A DNA stretch of 64,000 nucleotides from Mobula hypostoma (Eukaryota), in NCBI RefSeq assembly GCF_963921235.1, contig NC_086108.1:34040001-34104000 (forward strand), written 5' to 3'. The notes under the pieces were generated by a model that saw nothing but the letters and a program-made list of their open reading frames with translations, had not been told where the DNA came from and searched no databases. The translations under genes and the position numbers were made by a program. Positions 13,585 through 25,665 of the stretch are shown piece by piece. The stretch's first letter is position 1. The number at the start of each line of letters is the position of its first letter.

Positions 13585-14617
13585 AATGGCTTTAGTCGGA
13601 GAAGTTGACAAATTCAATACTGCTAATGAAGGCTGGGAGTTGTATATTGAGAAGGTTGAAATGTGTTGTAATGTAAGCAACGTGAATGAGGAAAAGAACG
13701 ACATTTCTTGACTTAATGGGAACTAGAACATACAGTCTCTTGTGCAACTTCACAACCTCTGAAAAACCAGCAAGCAAGACATCCAACAAAATTATTAATT
13801 TTCTAAATCACATGAACCCTAAACTGCTGGTAATAGCTGAGAGATTTAGATCTGACAAAAGAAGCCAGTCAAAGCATGAAAGCATTTCTGAATACTTAGC
13901 AGATCTGCATAAATGTTCCCACTTCTGTGACTTTAGAGATGGACTTTCTGATGTATTAAGGGACAGGCTTGTATGTGGCATACGTGTTCAAAGCACTCAG
14001 AAAAGGCTCATGTCAGAAAGTGACCTACCTTAAAACGAGCATTGACAATTGCAATACTATTAGAGACTGCAACAAAGGATGCAACAGAACTAATGAAAAA
14101 GGTTTAAGAAAGTGAATTGCACAAAATGTCCCTGAATGGTGCAAAAAGCCAGAAATGTTATCGATGTGGCAAATCCTCCCATGATGCAAATGACTTCTGG
14201 TTCAAAGAAAAAGTCTGTAGAAAATCTCACAGACAAGGTCACATAAAGAGAGTGTGCAAGACAGACAAAAAGCACAACCAAGTGAAATGTTTCAAACACA
14301 AAACTAAGCAAATGCATAAAGTTACCAAATGTAAAACAGAATCAGACAACACAGTCTGACAAAGATGAGCCGTCATGTCGAGAACTACATAGAATTACTG
14401 AAGCAGATCACAAAATCATATGGATCACAATAGATGTATCTGGTGTAAAAATGAAAATGGAACTAGATACATGGTCAACTTTGTCTATAATTTCAGAAGC
14501 TGACCAGCTGACTACAACAGACTATTTTCTAAACTACCATTAGAGAAGACCTTAGTGATACTAAACAACTACACAAGTGAATAATTGTCTCCCAAAGGCA
14601 AACTGAAAGTGAATGTG
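13585..14617 (+). mobile_element. Gypsy LTR retrotransposon gag and protease (degenerate)
   Basis: KPASKT...NPKLLVIAERFR...Q...ESISEYLADL...CDF.DGLSDVLRDRLVCGI (gag). CYRCGKSSH and degenerate CRKSHRQGHIKRVC zinc knuckles. IWITIDVSGVKMKMELDTWSTLSII aspartic-protease motif at about 14417-14492. Confidence 0.9.
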
Positions 14618-16128
14618 ATGGAAGCAAAAGAAATGGGGGAGATCTTAAATGGGTTTTTTGCATCTGTATTCACTAAGGAAACTGGCATGGAGTCAATGGA
14701 AATAAGGAAAACAAGTAGTGAGGTCATGGAACATATACAGATTGAGGAGGAGGAGATGCTTGCTATTTTGAGGCAAAGCAGAGTAGATAAATCCCCAGGA
14801 CCTGACAGGGTATTCCCTCGGACCTTGAAGGAAACCGGTGTTGAAATTGCAGGGGCCCTGGCAGATATACTTTAAATGTCTGTGTCTATGAGTGAGGTGC
14901 CAGAGGATTGGAGGATAACTCATGTTGTTCCATTATTTAAAAAAGCTCTAAAAGTAATCTGGGAAATTATAGGCCAGTAAATTTGACATCAGTAGTAAGT
15001 AAATTATTGGAAGGAGTACAAAGAGATAGGATCTACAAGTATTTGGATAGACAGGGACTTATTAGGGAGAGTCAACATGGCTTTGTGCGTGGTAGGTCAT
15101 GTTTAACCAATCTATTAGAGTTTTTTGAGGAGGTTACCAGGAAAGTGGATGAAGGGAAGGCAGTGGATGTTGTTTACATGGACTTCAGTAAGGCCTTTGA
15201 CAAGGTCCTGAATGGGAGGTTAGTTAGGAAGAGTCAGTGGCTAGGTATACATGGAGAGGTAGTAAATTGGATTAGACATTGGCTCAATGGAAGAAGCCAG
15301 AGAGTGGTAGTGGAGGATTGCTTTTCTGACTGGAGGCCTGTGACTAGTGGTGTGCCACAGGGATCAGTGCTGGGTCCATTGTTATTTGTCATCTATATCA
15401 ATGATCTGGATGATAATGTGGTAAGTTGGATCAGTGAATTTGCTGATGATACAAAGATTGGAGGTGTAGTGGCCAGTGAGGAAGGTTTTCAAAGCTTGCA
15501 GAGGGATTTGGACCAGCTGGAAAAATGGGCTGAAAAATGGCAGATGGAATTTAATACAGACAAGTGTGAGGTATTGCTCTTTGGAAGGACAAACCAAGGT
15601 AGAACATACAAGATAAATGGTAAGGCACTGAGGAGTGCAGTAAACAGGGATCTGGGAATACAGATACAAAATTCCCTAAAAGTGGCGTCACAGGTAGATA
15701 GGGTCGTAAAGAGAGCTTTTGGCACATTGGCATTTATTAATCAAAATATTGAGTATAAGAGCTAGAATGTTATGGTGAGGTTGTATAAGGCATTGGTGAG
15801 GCCGAATTTGGAGTAATATGTGCAGTTTTGGTCACCAAATTACAGGAAGGATATAAATAAGGTTGAAAGAGTGCAGAGAAGGTTTACAAGGATGTTGCCA
15901 GGACTTGAGAAACTCAGTTACAGAGAAAGGTTGAATAGGTTAGGATTTTATTCCCTGGAGCGCAGAAGAATGAGGGGAGATTTGATAGAGGTATATAAAA
16001 TTATGATGGGTATAGATAGAGTGAATGCAAGCAGGCTTTTTCCACTGAGGCTAGGGGAGAAAAAAACCAGAGGACATGGGTTAAGGGTGAAGAGGGAAAA
16101 ATTTAAAGGGAACATTGGGGGGGGGGGC
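14618..16128 (+). mobile_element. CR1 LINE RT region inserted into Gypsy pol, 3' end missing
   Basis: ORFs 14585..14875, 14983..15765 and 15820.. contain [39 protein letters not shown] and FADDTK. The sequence ends in a G-run before the CR1 tail. Confidence 0.95.
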
Positions 16129-16337
16129 ACTCACCAGAGGTTGGCACAGCTGCTTTATGTTAATAAGCTGTTTGAGAAGGGGATTGGTAAACTCAGAGCC
16201 ATGAATGCCAGAACTGAACTGGATGAAGCAGCAACACCAGGAGTCCATAAAGTGTATCCAGTGTCTTATGCGCTGTTCTAAAGTGGGTGCTGAATTGCAA
16301 AGCTTGGAGGTGCCTGGAACTCTCTCCAAGATTGAGT
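16129..16337 (+). mobile_element. Gypsy pol fragment preceding RT
   Basis: LFEKGIGKLRAMNARTELDEAATP.VHKVYPVSYAL / KVGAELQSLEVPGTLSKIE. Stops abruptly at ATTGAGT (16331-16337). Confidence 0.85.
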
Positions 16338-17490
16338 CAATGGTGCTAATTTGGATCTTCAGACGGACTTTGACAAGGTGTTGCACATGAGACTGCTTAA
16401 TAAGAGCCCATGACATTACAGTGAAGGTACTAGCATGGATAGAAGACTGGCTGACTGGCAGTAGGGAAAAGGGTGCCTATTCTGGCTGACTGCCGGTGAC
16501 TAGTGGTGTGCAGGAATAATGTTGGGACTGCTTCTTTTCACATTGTATGTCAATGATTTGGATGCAGAAATTGATGGCTTCGAGGCTAAGCTTGTGGACA
16601 ATACGAAAATAGGTGGAAGGGCAGATAGCGTTGCGAAAGGAGCGTGTCTGCAGAAGGACTTCAGATTGGGGGATTAGGCAAGTGGCATATGGAATATAAC
16701 ATAGGGAAGTGCATGGTCATGCATTTTGGCAGGAGGAATAAAGGTGTGGACTATTTTGTAAATTCAAAAATCAGAGGTGCAGATGGACTCAGGAGTCCTC
16801 GTCCAGGATTCCCTAAAAGTTAACTTGTAGGTTGAATCAGTCATAAGGAAGGAAAACGTAATGTTTGCATTCATTTTGAGAGGACTTGAGTACAAAAACA
16901 AGGATATAATCCTGAGAATTTATAAGGCATTGGTCAGCCCACACTTGGAGCATGTAAGCAATTTTGGGCCCCTTATCTAAGAAATGATGTGCTGACTTTG
17001 GACGGGGTCCAGAGGAGGTTCAGCAGAAGGATCCCAGGAATAAAAGGGTTAACATATGAGGAACATTTAATGGCTCTGGGCCTGGTGTTTAGAAGAATGA
17101 GTAGGAGCATCTCATTGCAACCTATCGATTTTTGAAAGGTCTGGATAACATAGATGTAGAGAGGTTGTTTCCTATAGTGGGGGAGTCTAGAACCAGAGGG
17201 AACAGCCTCAGAATTGAGGGACCTCCCTTCAGAGAAGAAATGAAGAAAATTTCTTTAGTCAGAGGGTGATGAATTCGTGGAATTCATTGCCAAAAACAGC
17301 AATGCAGTCCAAGTCATTGGGTACATAAAAGGTGGAGTTTGATAGGCTCTTGATAAATCAGGTTACGGGGGGAAGGCAGGAGAATGAGCTTGAGGGGGAT
17401 AACAAATTAGCCATGATGGAATAGCAAAGATTCTCAAATAGGCAGAATGGCCTAATTCTGCTCCCATGACTTATGATTTTATCGTCTTAT
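16338..17490 (+). mobile_element. CR1 LINE RT and 3' end (degenerate), beginning at the inversion breakpoint
   Basis: LDLQTDFDKVLHMRLL, PVTSGV and LVSPHLE remnants. 3' tail GAATGGCCTAATTCTGCTCC...TCTTAT. Confidence 0.85.
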
Positions 17491-17539
17491 TAGCTGGATC
17501 AGCAGGAAGGGACTTTTCTGGTGGAGATATCAGTCTTCA

Positions 17540-17775
17540 TCGCTTATGTCAGAGAATCTCTGCTGTATAGTCCCGGTGGGTGTTAGTTTGGTCAGAGTAA
17601 ATGATAGAGTTGTAAGAGATAGGTTAGGAGTCACATGGATTATGTCCACTAGCCTGTGAGATACAACCTCTTGTTGGAAGCGAGGTGAACCAAGGTGAAA
17701 AAGAACAGGGGGAGCACAGTAGAGAATTCTACCATAAGTGTCGGAGGTAAAGTCCTTCATTGAATGTAGATTTTT
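17540..17775 (-). mobile_element. Possible highly degenerate Penelope RT remnant
   Basis: Minus-strand IYSDQTNTHRDY loosely resembles the Penelope IYxKPTxxHxYL thumb motif. Weak evidence. Confidence 0.25.
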
Positions 17776-18594
17776 GTACCTAAGGATGGTGATAAATCAG
17801 TTGTAGTTTTATGGTTTCAGCAATATCAAAGATGATGTTACTGCTAACATGACCAATATATGGATGACAAATAAGAACATCAAATTTTAAAGAGTTGATT
17901 TCCTCATATACAAATTTCAGGGGAAATATGATAATTCAATTGTGAAGATAAATCCTTTCAGTAGCATTTATGGTTTGCAGAAATGCCTCATTAATTATAA
18001 TGAAGAGAGTTTGCTATAACAATAAAATCATCACTCTGTGACATTTGCAAATCAATTGCCCAATATATCTGCCACACGAAGTTCCATTTAGAAATTAATT
18101 ATGTATTCTTTAAACAATTTCTAATCACAGAGTGGGTTATTAGCAAAAGGGTTTCTCATTTCTGTAACACGTAACTTGACATTGAACGGACCTCTTCTAC
18201 TTTAGATTGCCTCTGTCCTTCCTTCTATCTTCTCAAGTCTTTATTTCCATTGGTTAAGAGAATGCCTTGCTTGTCCCATGATGCATCAAGGTCACTGATT
18301 CTCTGTTATCCTAGTGGTTATTTTATCAGCTTGTACAGCACAAGTCTCTGGAGAAAAAAAACTTTAAAGATCTGAGCATACATTCTCTAATTCAACAAAT
18401 AAGGCTCATACTCCATTCTTACAAAACAAATCTTATACAAAGGCGTGAACCTGAAGTGGTATGAATCGATTTTTATGCAGTGCAGCTATCACTCAGATTT
18501 CATGGTGAAGTACAAAGCAATGGCATTAGTTGATGGCCTGAAAGAAAATTGCCCACAATGATTCAGGCCATTCAATTGATTTCCTTTCTTCTGG

Positions 18595-18899
18595 GAACAC
18601 ACATCAGTCTTCGTCGAGGGATCTGCAGTGGAAAGTGTGAGTAGTTGCAAGTTCATGAGTGTCAACATCTCTGAAGATCTATCCTGGGCTCAACATATCG
18701 ATGCAGTTACAAAGATGGCATGTCAGTAGCTATCTTTCATTAGGAGTTTGAGGAAACTGGATATGCCACCAAATATTCTCATAAATATTTACAGATGTAC
18801 TATGGAGAGCATTCTAACTGGTCACAACACCATCTGGTATCGAGGGCCTACGAAACAAGATCGGGAAAAGCTCCAGAAAGTTACAAACACAACCAGCTC
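18595..18899 (+). mobile_element. Rex1/Babar LINE 5' half, partner of 12805-13206 and now inverted relative to it
   Basis: LRKLDMPPNILINIYRCTMESILTGHNTIWY...REKLQKVTNTTSS ends at AGCTC (18895-18899, reverse complement GAGCT). The reading continues as SSIPDTSLPSI in the 12805-13206 piece. Confidence 0.85.
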
Positions 18900-19086
18900 T
18901 GTTGTGTCTCTGCAGCTACACATCAATTCAGTAAAGGCATGCACGCGGGAGATGGCTTTAACTGGGGCGAGAGGGAGCAATGTGTGTGCGAAGACGACAG
19001 TTCAGCACACGTGCATAGACAACAGTCCATATGTCGTGCAAAGAGGAGTCATGGCTCTAAAAGGAATTACACTTCCTCCCCCTTTA
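18900..19086 (-). repeat. Gypsy 3' LTR (18900-19071) with polypurine tract (19072-19086)
   Basis: Minus strand reads CTAAAGGGGGAGGAAG (PPT), then TGTAATTCC...GAGACACAACA, then the GAGCT target-site duplication. Confidence 0.85.
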
Positions 19087-19269
19087 GATTCAGAATCAGG
19101 TTTATTATCACCAGCACGTGTCATGGAATTTGTTAACTTAGCAGCAGCAGCAGTTCAATGCAATTAAAGGAACATGAAACTGAATATGCATAAAACATTC
19201 AATTTCCCCTTCACAAACCATATTCCAAATAAACATGCTTTCACAATAATAGTCCATAACTAACTTCAC

Positions 19270-20872
19270 CACACTAAAGATTGAGTGTTTTTTTGGGTGG
19301 TGCCGTTCCTTTCAGGATAGTGCCTCTGGACCTGTGCAGTGGCATCAGGACTGGTAGGTGTCTTGACTAAGACAATGTTCTCATAGTGTCTCTGGACCTC
19401 TATTATTTGGTACTCATGAACATAAAAGCGGACTCCTAGGAACGTTGTAAATGGGTAGCAGATATCACTAGAATTCCCTTCCTGCGATTGAAAATGGACA
19501 CAAGAGGCTGGTGGTCTGTCACTAGAGTAAACTTTTGACCATAGATGTAGTGGTGGAACTTCCTTATTCCCTATACAAGGTCGATATCTGCTTAATTGCC
19601 TTCTATGCTCATCAGTGATCTTGCAGCAAGCACAATTGGATGTTCAGATCCATCTTTCATAGTGCGTGACAAACAGCCCCAATGCCAGAAGGCAAATCTC
19701 TGAGACTCCAGTCTGATGGGCAGGGATGGGTCATAATGACTGAGCAGTTCTTTGGATGTTATCAGTCTCTGTTTCCCTGAATGCTCTTTCACATCTTTCT
19801 AACCATTCCCACTTTGTTCTTGTCTGCAACAGTATGTTCAATGGATGCAGCACTGTAGCAGTGTTTGGGAGAAAGCAGTGGTAGTAGAGTGGATCTTATA
19901 GAAACATATAAAATTTTGAAAGAGATAGATAAGATAAAAGTAGGAAAGTTGTTTCCATTGGTAGGTGAGACTAGAACTCGGGGACATTGCCTCAAGATTC
20001 AGGGGAGAAGATTTAGGATAGAGATGAGGAGAAACTGTTTTTCCCAGAGAGTGGTGAATCTGTGGAATTCTCTGCCCAGGGAAGCAGTTGAGGCTTCTTC
20101 ACTAAATATATTTAAGACACAGTTAGAGAAATTTTTACATAGTAGGCGAATTAAGGGTTATGAGGAAAAGGCAGGTAGATGGAGCTGAGTTTACGGACAG
20201 ATCAGCCATGATCTTATTGAATGGCGGGGCAGGCTCGATGGGCCGGAAGGCCTACTCCTGTTCTTATGTAGTAGTCTACAAGACCGAAGTATGACCTAAG
20301 TTGTGACTCATTTTTGGATTCAGTCTCCTCTTGTGATTTATACAAGTCATGCTTGTCACTGACACGTTCACAATATGAGATTTCATTCCTGAAAAACCCA
20401 CATCTCTCTCTTTGCACACAGCCCATACTCTCTCAGCCTGGTAAGCTCCTCCAAAGTTCTGAAGGTGTTCTTCATCATTCTTGCCAGTCAGGATGATGTC
20501 ATCAAGGTAGCATTGCGTTCCTGGGACATCTTCAAGCACTTGGTCCATTGCTTTTTGCCAAATTCCTGGAGTCGAAGCTACGCCAAAGATGAGACGATTA
20601 CACTGGAACAGTTCCTTGTGAGTGTTGATTGAAAGGACCTTTCTGTTTGACTCCTCAATCTCCATTTGCAGATAGGCTTGTGCAGTCAATCTTTGAAAAC
20701 CTTTCCCCGCCTGTCAAAGATGCAAAAATGTCTTTTAGTCGTAGCAGGGGATACTGCACAGTATGCAGCACCGGGTTGATGCTCACCTTGAAATCCCTAC
20801 ACATGCGAACAGCCCTAGCCTTCGCTTTCTTAATCACCGGGACAATGGGCATAGCCAATCCCTCCACTCAAT
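19270..20872 (-). mobile_element. Gypsy RT/RNase H region, integrase deleted
   Basis: IEWRDW/AMPIVPVIKK...VRMCRDFKVSINP...QYPL; AYLQME...INTHKELFQCNRLIFGVASTPGIWQKAMDQVLEDVPGTQCYLDDII; GLVDYY; LLSHYDPSLPIRL; EHPIVLAARSL; FTLVTDHQPL. Confidence 0.92.
19888..20267 (+). mobile_element. 5'-truncated CR1 3' end inserted in Gypsy RT
   Basis: DLIETYKILK...TRTRGHCLKI...FSQRVVNLWNSLP. Flanked by the direct repeat GTAGTAG (19881-19887, 20268-20274). Removing it rejoins GLVDYY|HCFLPNTATVLHPLN. Confidence 0.9.
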
Positions 20873-21167
20873 GAGTTATACAGCTCTCGTTACATGCACG
20901 TGCAGTTCAACTGTTTGAGTGATTATGCAAAAAGTTTGAAGTTAATAACTCATCTCCTTCAACCTTAGGCCACTAACTTATCAATCACCCCTGCTGTGGA
21001 CCACTTTCTGGAGGCCCAAGATGCCGACTTCTACAAAGAAGAGATCCGTATGCTCCACGACCGCTGGACTAAGTGTGTACATGTAGGAGGGGACTATGTT
21101 GGAAAATAAATGCGCAAGATTTTCTAAAATTGATTCCTTAGGCCACGAACTTATCAATCACCCCTCA
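20871..21167 (+). mobile_element. Non-autonomous mariner element, left TIR lost
   Basis: Transposase C-terminus FYKEEIRMLHDRWTKCVHVGGDYVGK*. Right TIR CCTTAGGCCACGAACTTATCAATCACCCCTC followed by TA. Internal TIR copy at about 20963-20992. Confidence 0.85.
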
Positions 21168-21305
21168 TATGATCACTGACTCCTAAGGGTTCCTTTATCA
21201 TAAGCTTCCTAATCAAATACGGGTCCTTACATAACTCCCAAACCAGAAATACCATTCCCCTCGTGGGCTCAATCATAAGCTGCTCTAAACAGCATTCTAC
21301 AAACC
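21168..21305 (-). mobile_element. CR1 endonuclease fragment
   Basis: FVECCLEQLMIEPTRGMVFLVWELCKDPYLIRKLMIKEPLGVSDH, ending at the mariner TA site. Confidence 0.8.
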
Positions 21306-22779
21306 AGATTTTGACAATCTTGGGATTGCTTGAAAAAGTTTTGGACATGGGTTTGGTTAAATTACAAGAGGTGTTTTTTTTTTCATTTTTACAGAATGTG
21401 TAAAAGTTCTGAGGGATACCTGAAGTACAATGCAATGCTTTCCCATCATGAATTTTCACAGAACAATGCATGAAAATTCCATATAAATTAAACAACAGAT
21501 TACAAAGTAAGTCTGCAATATGTAACCCAAAGCTAAGCCGTCAGACCAGCCAGTCAATCAACTCGACTAACTACTTAATAAGTTCTCCAACAAATCAAAT
21601 TGAATCTGTTTCTAATTCACATATGGTCTTTATTTCTATATACGTAAGAGTATTAGCAAGCTGGCATCACTTGGTTTTAATACCATATCCTACCCAGAGA
21701 TAAAGTAGCCACAACTTTGTTATATTTGAAGCTACCAACAAGCATTAATGCCCACATATTTGTTTAATAGAACATATACCATTCTCTAGGGCAACAGAAT
21801 TATAAACGACCTACTCGTATACCTATCCGTCTTTAGTTTATGTGACTAATGGACCATAAGAACTATTCCTATATGACTACAATATAATAGAGCCCAGACA
21901 TTCCAGTAAATAGTAATTATAGGACTGATCTACATTTGTACTGAGAAATCCATTCAAATTTACAAGATCAGGGCTTGTTCTGCTTTCCTGCATCCAAAGC
22001 ATCCATTTACTCTTTATTTGTTTTTTACAATGTGAGCATAGCGTATCCCCCAGTTTTAGGTACACTTGCACTGGTACTACTCTCATGGAGTTGTTTTGGT
22101 CAGCCAGTTTTTTCTGACCCATGACTGCTTTTTTTTTGAAGCTGGTTCATTGATACAAATTTTGAAAGCAGCCATGTGTCTGATAAAATCAGGCAGTAAC
22201 TCACACATTGATTGCAAATGTGGGACAGGAGTTTTGCCATGCTATTCTCATTAACGATTTTTCCTTTTGACTTTCATGGTCACACTTATCTTAATGTGTA
22301 GATTCTGGTTAATCGTGTAAAATAAGACCCAGCAGAGAAACTATTTTTAAAAAATCAAAATGAACACTTTCAAATAAAAATGATCTTTTAGTGCCATCAA
22401 AACAAGTAAGTTCCGTTTAATGTACTCTATTATTCTTTGATAGTTCCTGTTCCTGAATAATTCACGATCTAATTATCACCATGGAATTTCTCCTTATTTT
22501 GGTTAATGCAAATTATGTGTATATTTTGCAAAGACATCTGAACAATTTCTGTGCTGTTACTAAAAATTAACAAGTAACTCAGGTGGGCTTTAGACTGATC
22601 AAAGCATGAGAGCCTGTACATGAGTTGAGGTAAGTGCAATCTATAGAAGGCAGGCTGATGCTCATAGTTTGAATCAAAACCCATGGAAACCAACACTGAG
22701 CCATGTAATTTGAACCAGCAGTGTAGCAACATTGTACTAGCAATACTGAGATGGTTGCACTTTTGTCATCTTAAGCATA

Positions 22780-24072
22780 GGATTCCCTAAAGGTTAACTT
22801 GCATGTTGAGTCAGTTGTAAGGAAGGCAAATGCAATGTTAGCATTCATTTTCAAGAGACTCGAATGCAAAAGCAAGACTGTAATGATAATCACACAATAG
22901 TGGGTCATCTCATCCGCAGCAGAGACAGAGAGGAGGCAGAGCAGCTGGTAAAATGGTGCAAGCACAACAACTTGAGTCTGAAGGTGGACAAGACCAAAGA
23001 GGTGACTCTGGATTTTATGAAAGTGCAAGGTTCCTCTCTGCACATAAATGGTTCCTTTGTGGAGAGAGTTAGGAGCACCAAGTTTCTGGGAGTGCACATA
23101 AAGGACGATCTCACCTGTTCCCTCAAAACCACCTCTTTGGTCAAAAAGCACAGTAGTATCTTCACTTCCTGCAGAGCTCTCTCTCCCTTACCATCAAGAG
23201 TGTCCTGGCCAAATGCATCACCATCTGTTACAGGAATTGCAAGGCATCTGACCGCAAGTCACCATAAAGGATTGCAAAGACTGCTGAGAGGATCATTGGG
23301 GTCTCTCTTCCACCCATCAGCAATAGTTATCAGGAGCACTGCATATTCAGGGCACCTAACATTGTCAGTGGTCCTTCCCATCTGTTTAACAACCTCTTAG
23401 ACCCCCTACCATCAGGCAGGAGATGCCATAGCATTTGGACAAGGACAGTTAGGATGGGAAACAGCTTCTTCCTTCAGGTAGTAAAACTACTGAACTCTCT
23501 GCCACCCCTCATATATGAAGCAGCAGTAGAGTTATACTGTTTACTTTTTAACTTGTATCGTATATGCCAGTGGTCCACAACCTCCAGGCCGCAGACCGAT
23601 AACGGGCCGCGAGGAATGCAGCAGTGCAGCGGTAGTCGGAATGCACCCAGCACATCTTTAAGAAAAAAGCCGAAATAAACAAGCCAATTGATTAGCTGCT
23701 GCCCGGCATGTAAATGTCAGTCCAGATCAGCGGCGACGCAATCGGCAATCGCCTCTGATCTGGGCGGACATTTACGTGCCGGGCAGCACCTAATCAATTA
23801 GCTTGCTTATTTCGGCTTTTTTCTTAAAGATGTGCTGGATGTGTTCCGGCTACCACTGCACCACTGCATTCTTCACGGCAATGTATTGGTCCGCGGCCCG
23901 GAGGTTAGACACCACTGGTATATGCAACATTACTTGTTAGTTCATTTGTGTTGATATTACTCTGTGTTATGTGTGTGAGTTATACATATTGTGTTGTGCA
24001 CCTTGGTCTGAAGGAACATTGTCTCATTTGGCAGTATACATGTGTATTGCTGAATAAACATATAACTTGAAC
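22780..24072 (+). mobile_element. Short CR1 piece followed by Rex1/Babar LINE 3' portion (hosting a hAT MITE)
   Basis: ORF 22864..23400 has WCKHNNLSLKVDKTKE...VERVRSTKFLGVHI.DDLT. Continues with LPSGRR..SI..RTVRMGNSFFLQVVKLLN and a 3' UTR ending AATAAAC..AACTTGAAC. Confidence 0.8.
23568..23917. mobile_element. Palindromic hAT MITE with 8-bp TSD
   Basis: CAGTGG...CCACTG ends. Perfect GTATATGC duplication at 23560-23567 and 23918-23925. The two halves are inverted repeats along most of the length. Confidence 0.92.
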
Positions 24073-24654
24073 TATATGATTGAGCTGATGGTGTGGTAGC
24101 AAACCTCCTTATGAGCAGTGGCTATATCCTGCTTTGCTTTCCTTTCTTTAGCAGCTGGCACACTATTTTATTGCTAAAATCTGAGCAATGAGGCTCAATT
24201 GCTTTGCTCTAAATTTAATAACTGATTAGCTTCCTTCTTTTTGATACTAGAAATAATCATAGACTCATTGGTGCAGAGGCAGTTACTAGTTCACCTTCAA
24301 ATAAGGAACAAATGGATTTGACTTTCTAAAGCCTGCCCCAATTCACTCATCAATGTGAAGGGGTTGAAGCATAACCCTAGCAGGACACATTGTGACTTGA
24401 TACTCCTCAGGCTCAACTTTGTACAAGAGCATAAATCAGTTCTTCAGACTGGAGGTTGGAGCACTTTAAAGATTCCCCATTCAATTGCTCTTCATCATGC
24501 TCCTAATGGAAAATTCCAGGGGATTAACACGATGTTCTGTTGGCTTTCATCACTTGAGATGCTTCAACATGAGTAAGTGGATTTAAAGTTAAGCAACACA
24601 CATCAAAGTTGCTGGTGAACGCAGCAGGCCAGGCAGCATCTCTAGGAAGAGGTA

Positions 24655-24692
24655 CAGTCGACGTTTCAGGCCGAGACCCTTCATCAGGACTA
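24655..24692 (-). ncRNA. Minimal type I hammerhead ribozyme motif
   Basis: Minus strand reads AGTC-CTGATGA-AGGGTCTCGGCCT-GAAAC-GTC-GACT: intact CUGAUGA/GAAA core, GUC cleavage triplet, stem I AGTC/GACT. Confidence 0.75.
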
Positions 24693-25629
24693 ATTGAAGG
24701 AAGAGTTAGTAAGAGATTTGAAAGTGGGAGAGGGAGGGGGAGATCCAAAATGATAGGAGAAGACAGGAGGGGGAGGGATGGAGCCAAGAGCTGGACAGGT
24801 GATTGGCAAAGGGGATATGAGAGGATCATGGGACAGGAGGTCCGGGGAGAAAGGATGGGCAAGGGGTCTAGTCAGAGGGACAGACGGAGAAAAAGGAGAG
24901 TGAGAGAAAGAATGTGTGTATAAAAATAAATAACGGATAGGGTACGAGGAGGAGGTGGGACATTAGCGGAAGTTAAAGAAGTCAATGTTCATTCCATCAG
25001 GTTAGAGGCTACCCAGACGGAATATAAGGTGTTGTTCCTCCAACCTGAGTGTAGCTTCATCTTTACAGTAGAGGAGGCCATGGATAGACATGTCAGAATG
25101 GGATGTGGAATTAAAATGTGTGGCCACTGGGAGATCCTGCTTTCTCTGGCAGACAGACCGTAGGTGTTCAGCAAATTTTAATTCCACATCCCATTCCCAT
25201 TCTGACATGTCTATCCATGGCCTCCTCTACTGTAAACATGAAGCTACACTCAGGTTGGAGGAACAACACCTTATATTCCGTCTGGGTAGCCTCCAACCTG
25301 ATGGCATGAACATTGACTTCTCTAACTTCCGCTAATGCCCCACCTCCCCATCGTACCCCATCCGTTATTTATTTTTATACACACATTCTTTCTCTCACTC
25401 TCCTTTTTCTCCCTCTGTCCCTCTGACTATACCGCTTGCCCATCCTCTGGGTTCCTCCCCCCCTTATCTTTCTCCCCAGACCTCCTGTCCCATGATCCTC
25501 TCATATCCCCTTTGCCAATCACCTGTCCAGCTCTTGGCTCCATCCCTCCCCCTCCTGTCTTCTCCTATCATTTTGGATCTCCCCCTCCCCCTCCCACTTT
25601 CAAATCTCTTACTCACTCTTCCTTCAGTA

Positions 25630-25665
25630 AGTCCTGACGAAGGATCTCGGCCTGAAACGTCGACT
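25630..25665 (+). ncRNA. Minimal type I hammerhead ribozyme motif
   Basis: AGTC-CTGACGA-AGGATCTCGGCCT-GAAAC-GTC-GACT. Predicted cleavage after C25661. Confidence 0.75.

Noticed and set aside
14585..16281. Apparent Gypsy-CR1 fusion ORFs (MSPKGKLKVNV-MEAKEMGE...; ...KGNIGGGG-THQRLAQLL...)
   Set aside because: Chance in-frame junctions of a nested insertion. Stops and frameshifts lie between them, so this is not a domesticated chimeric gene.
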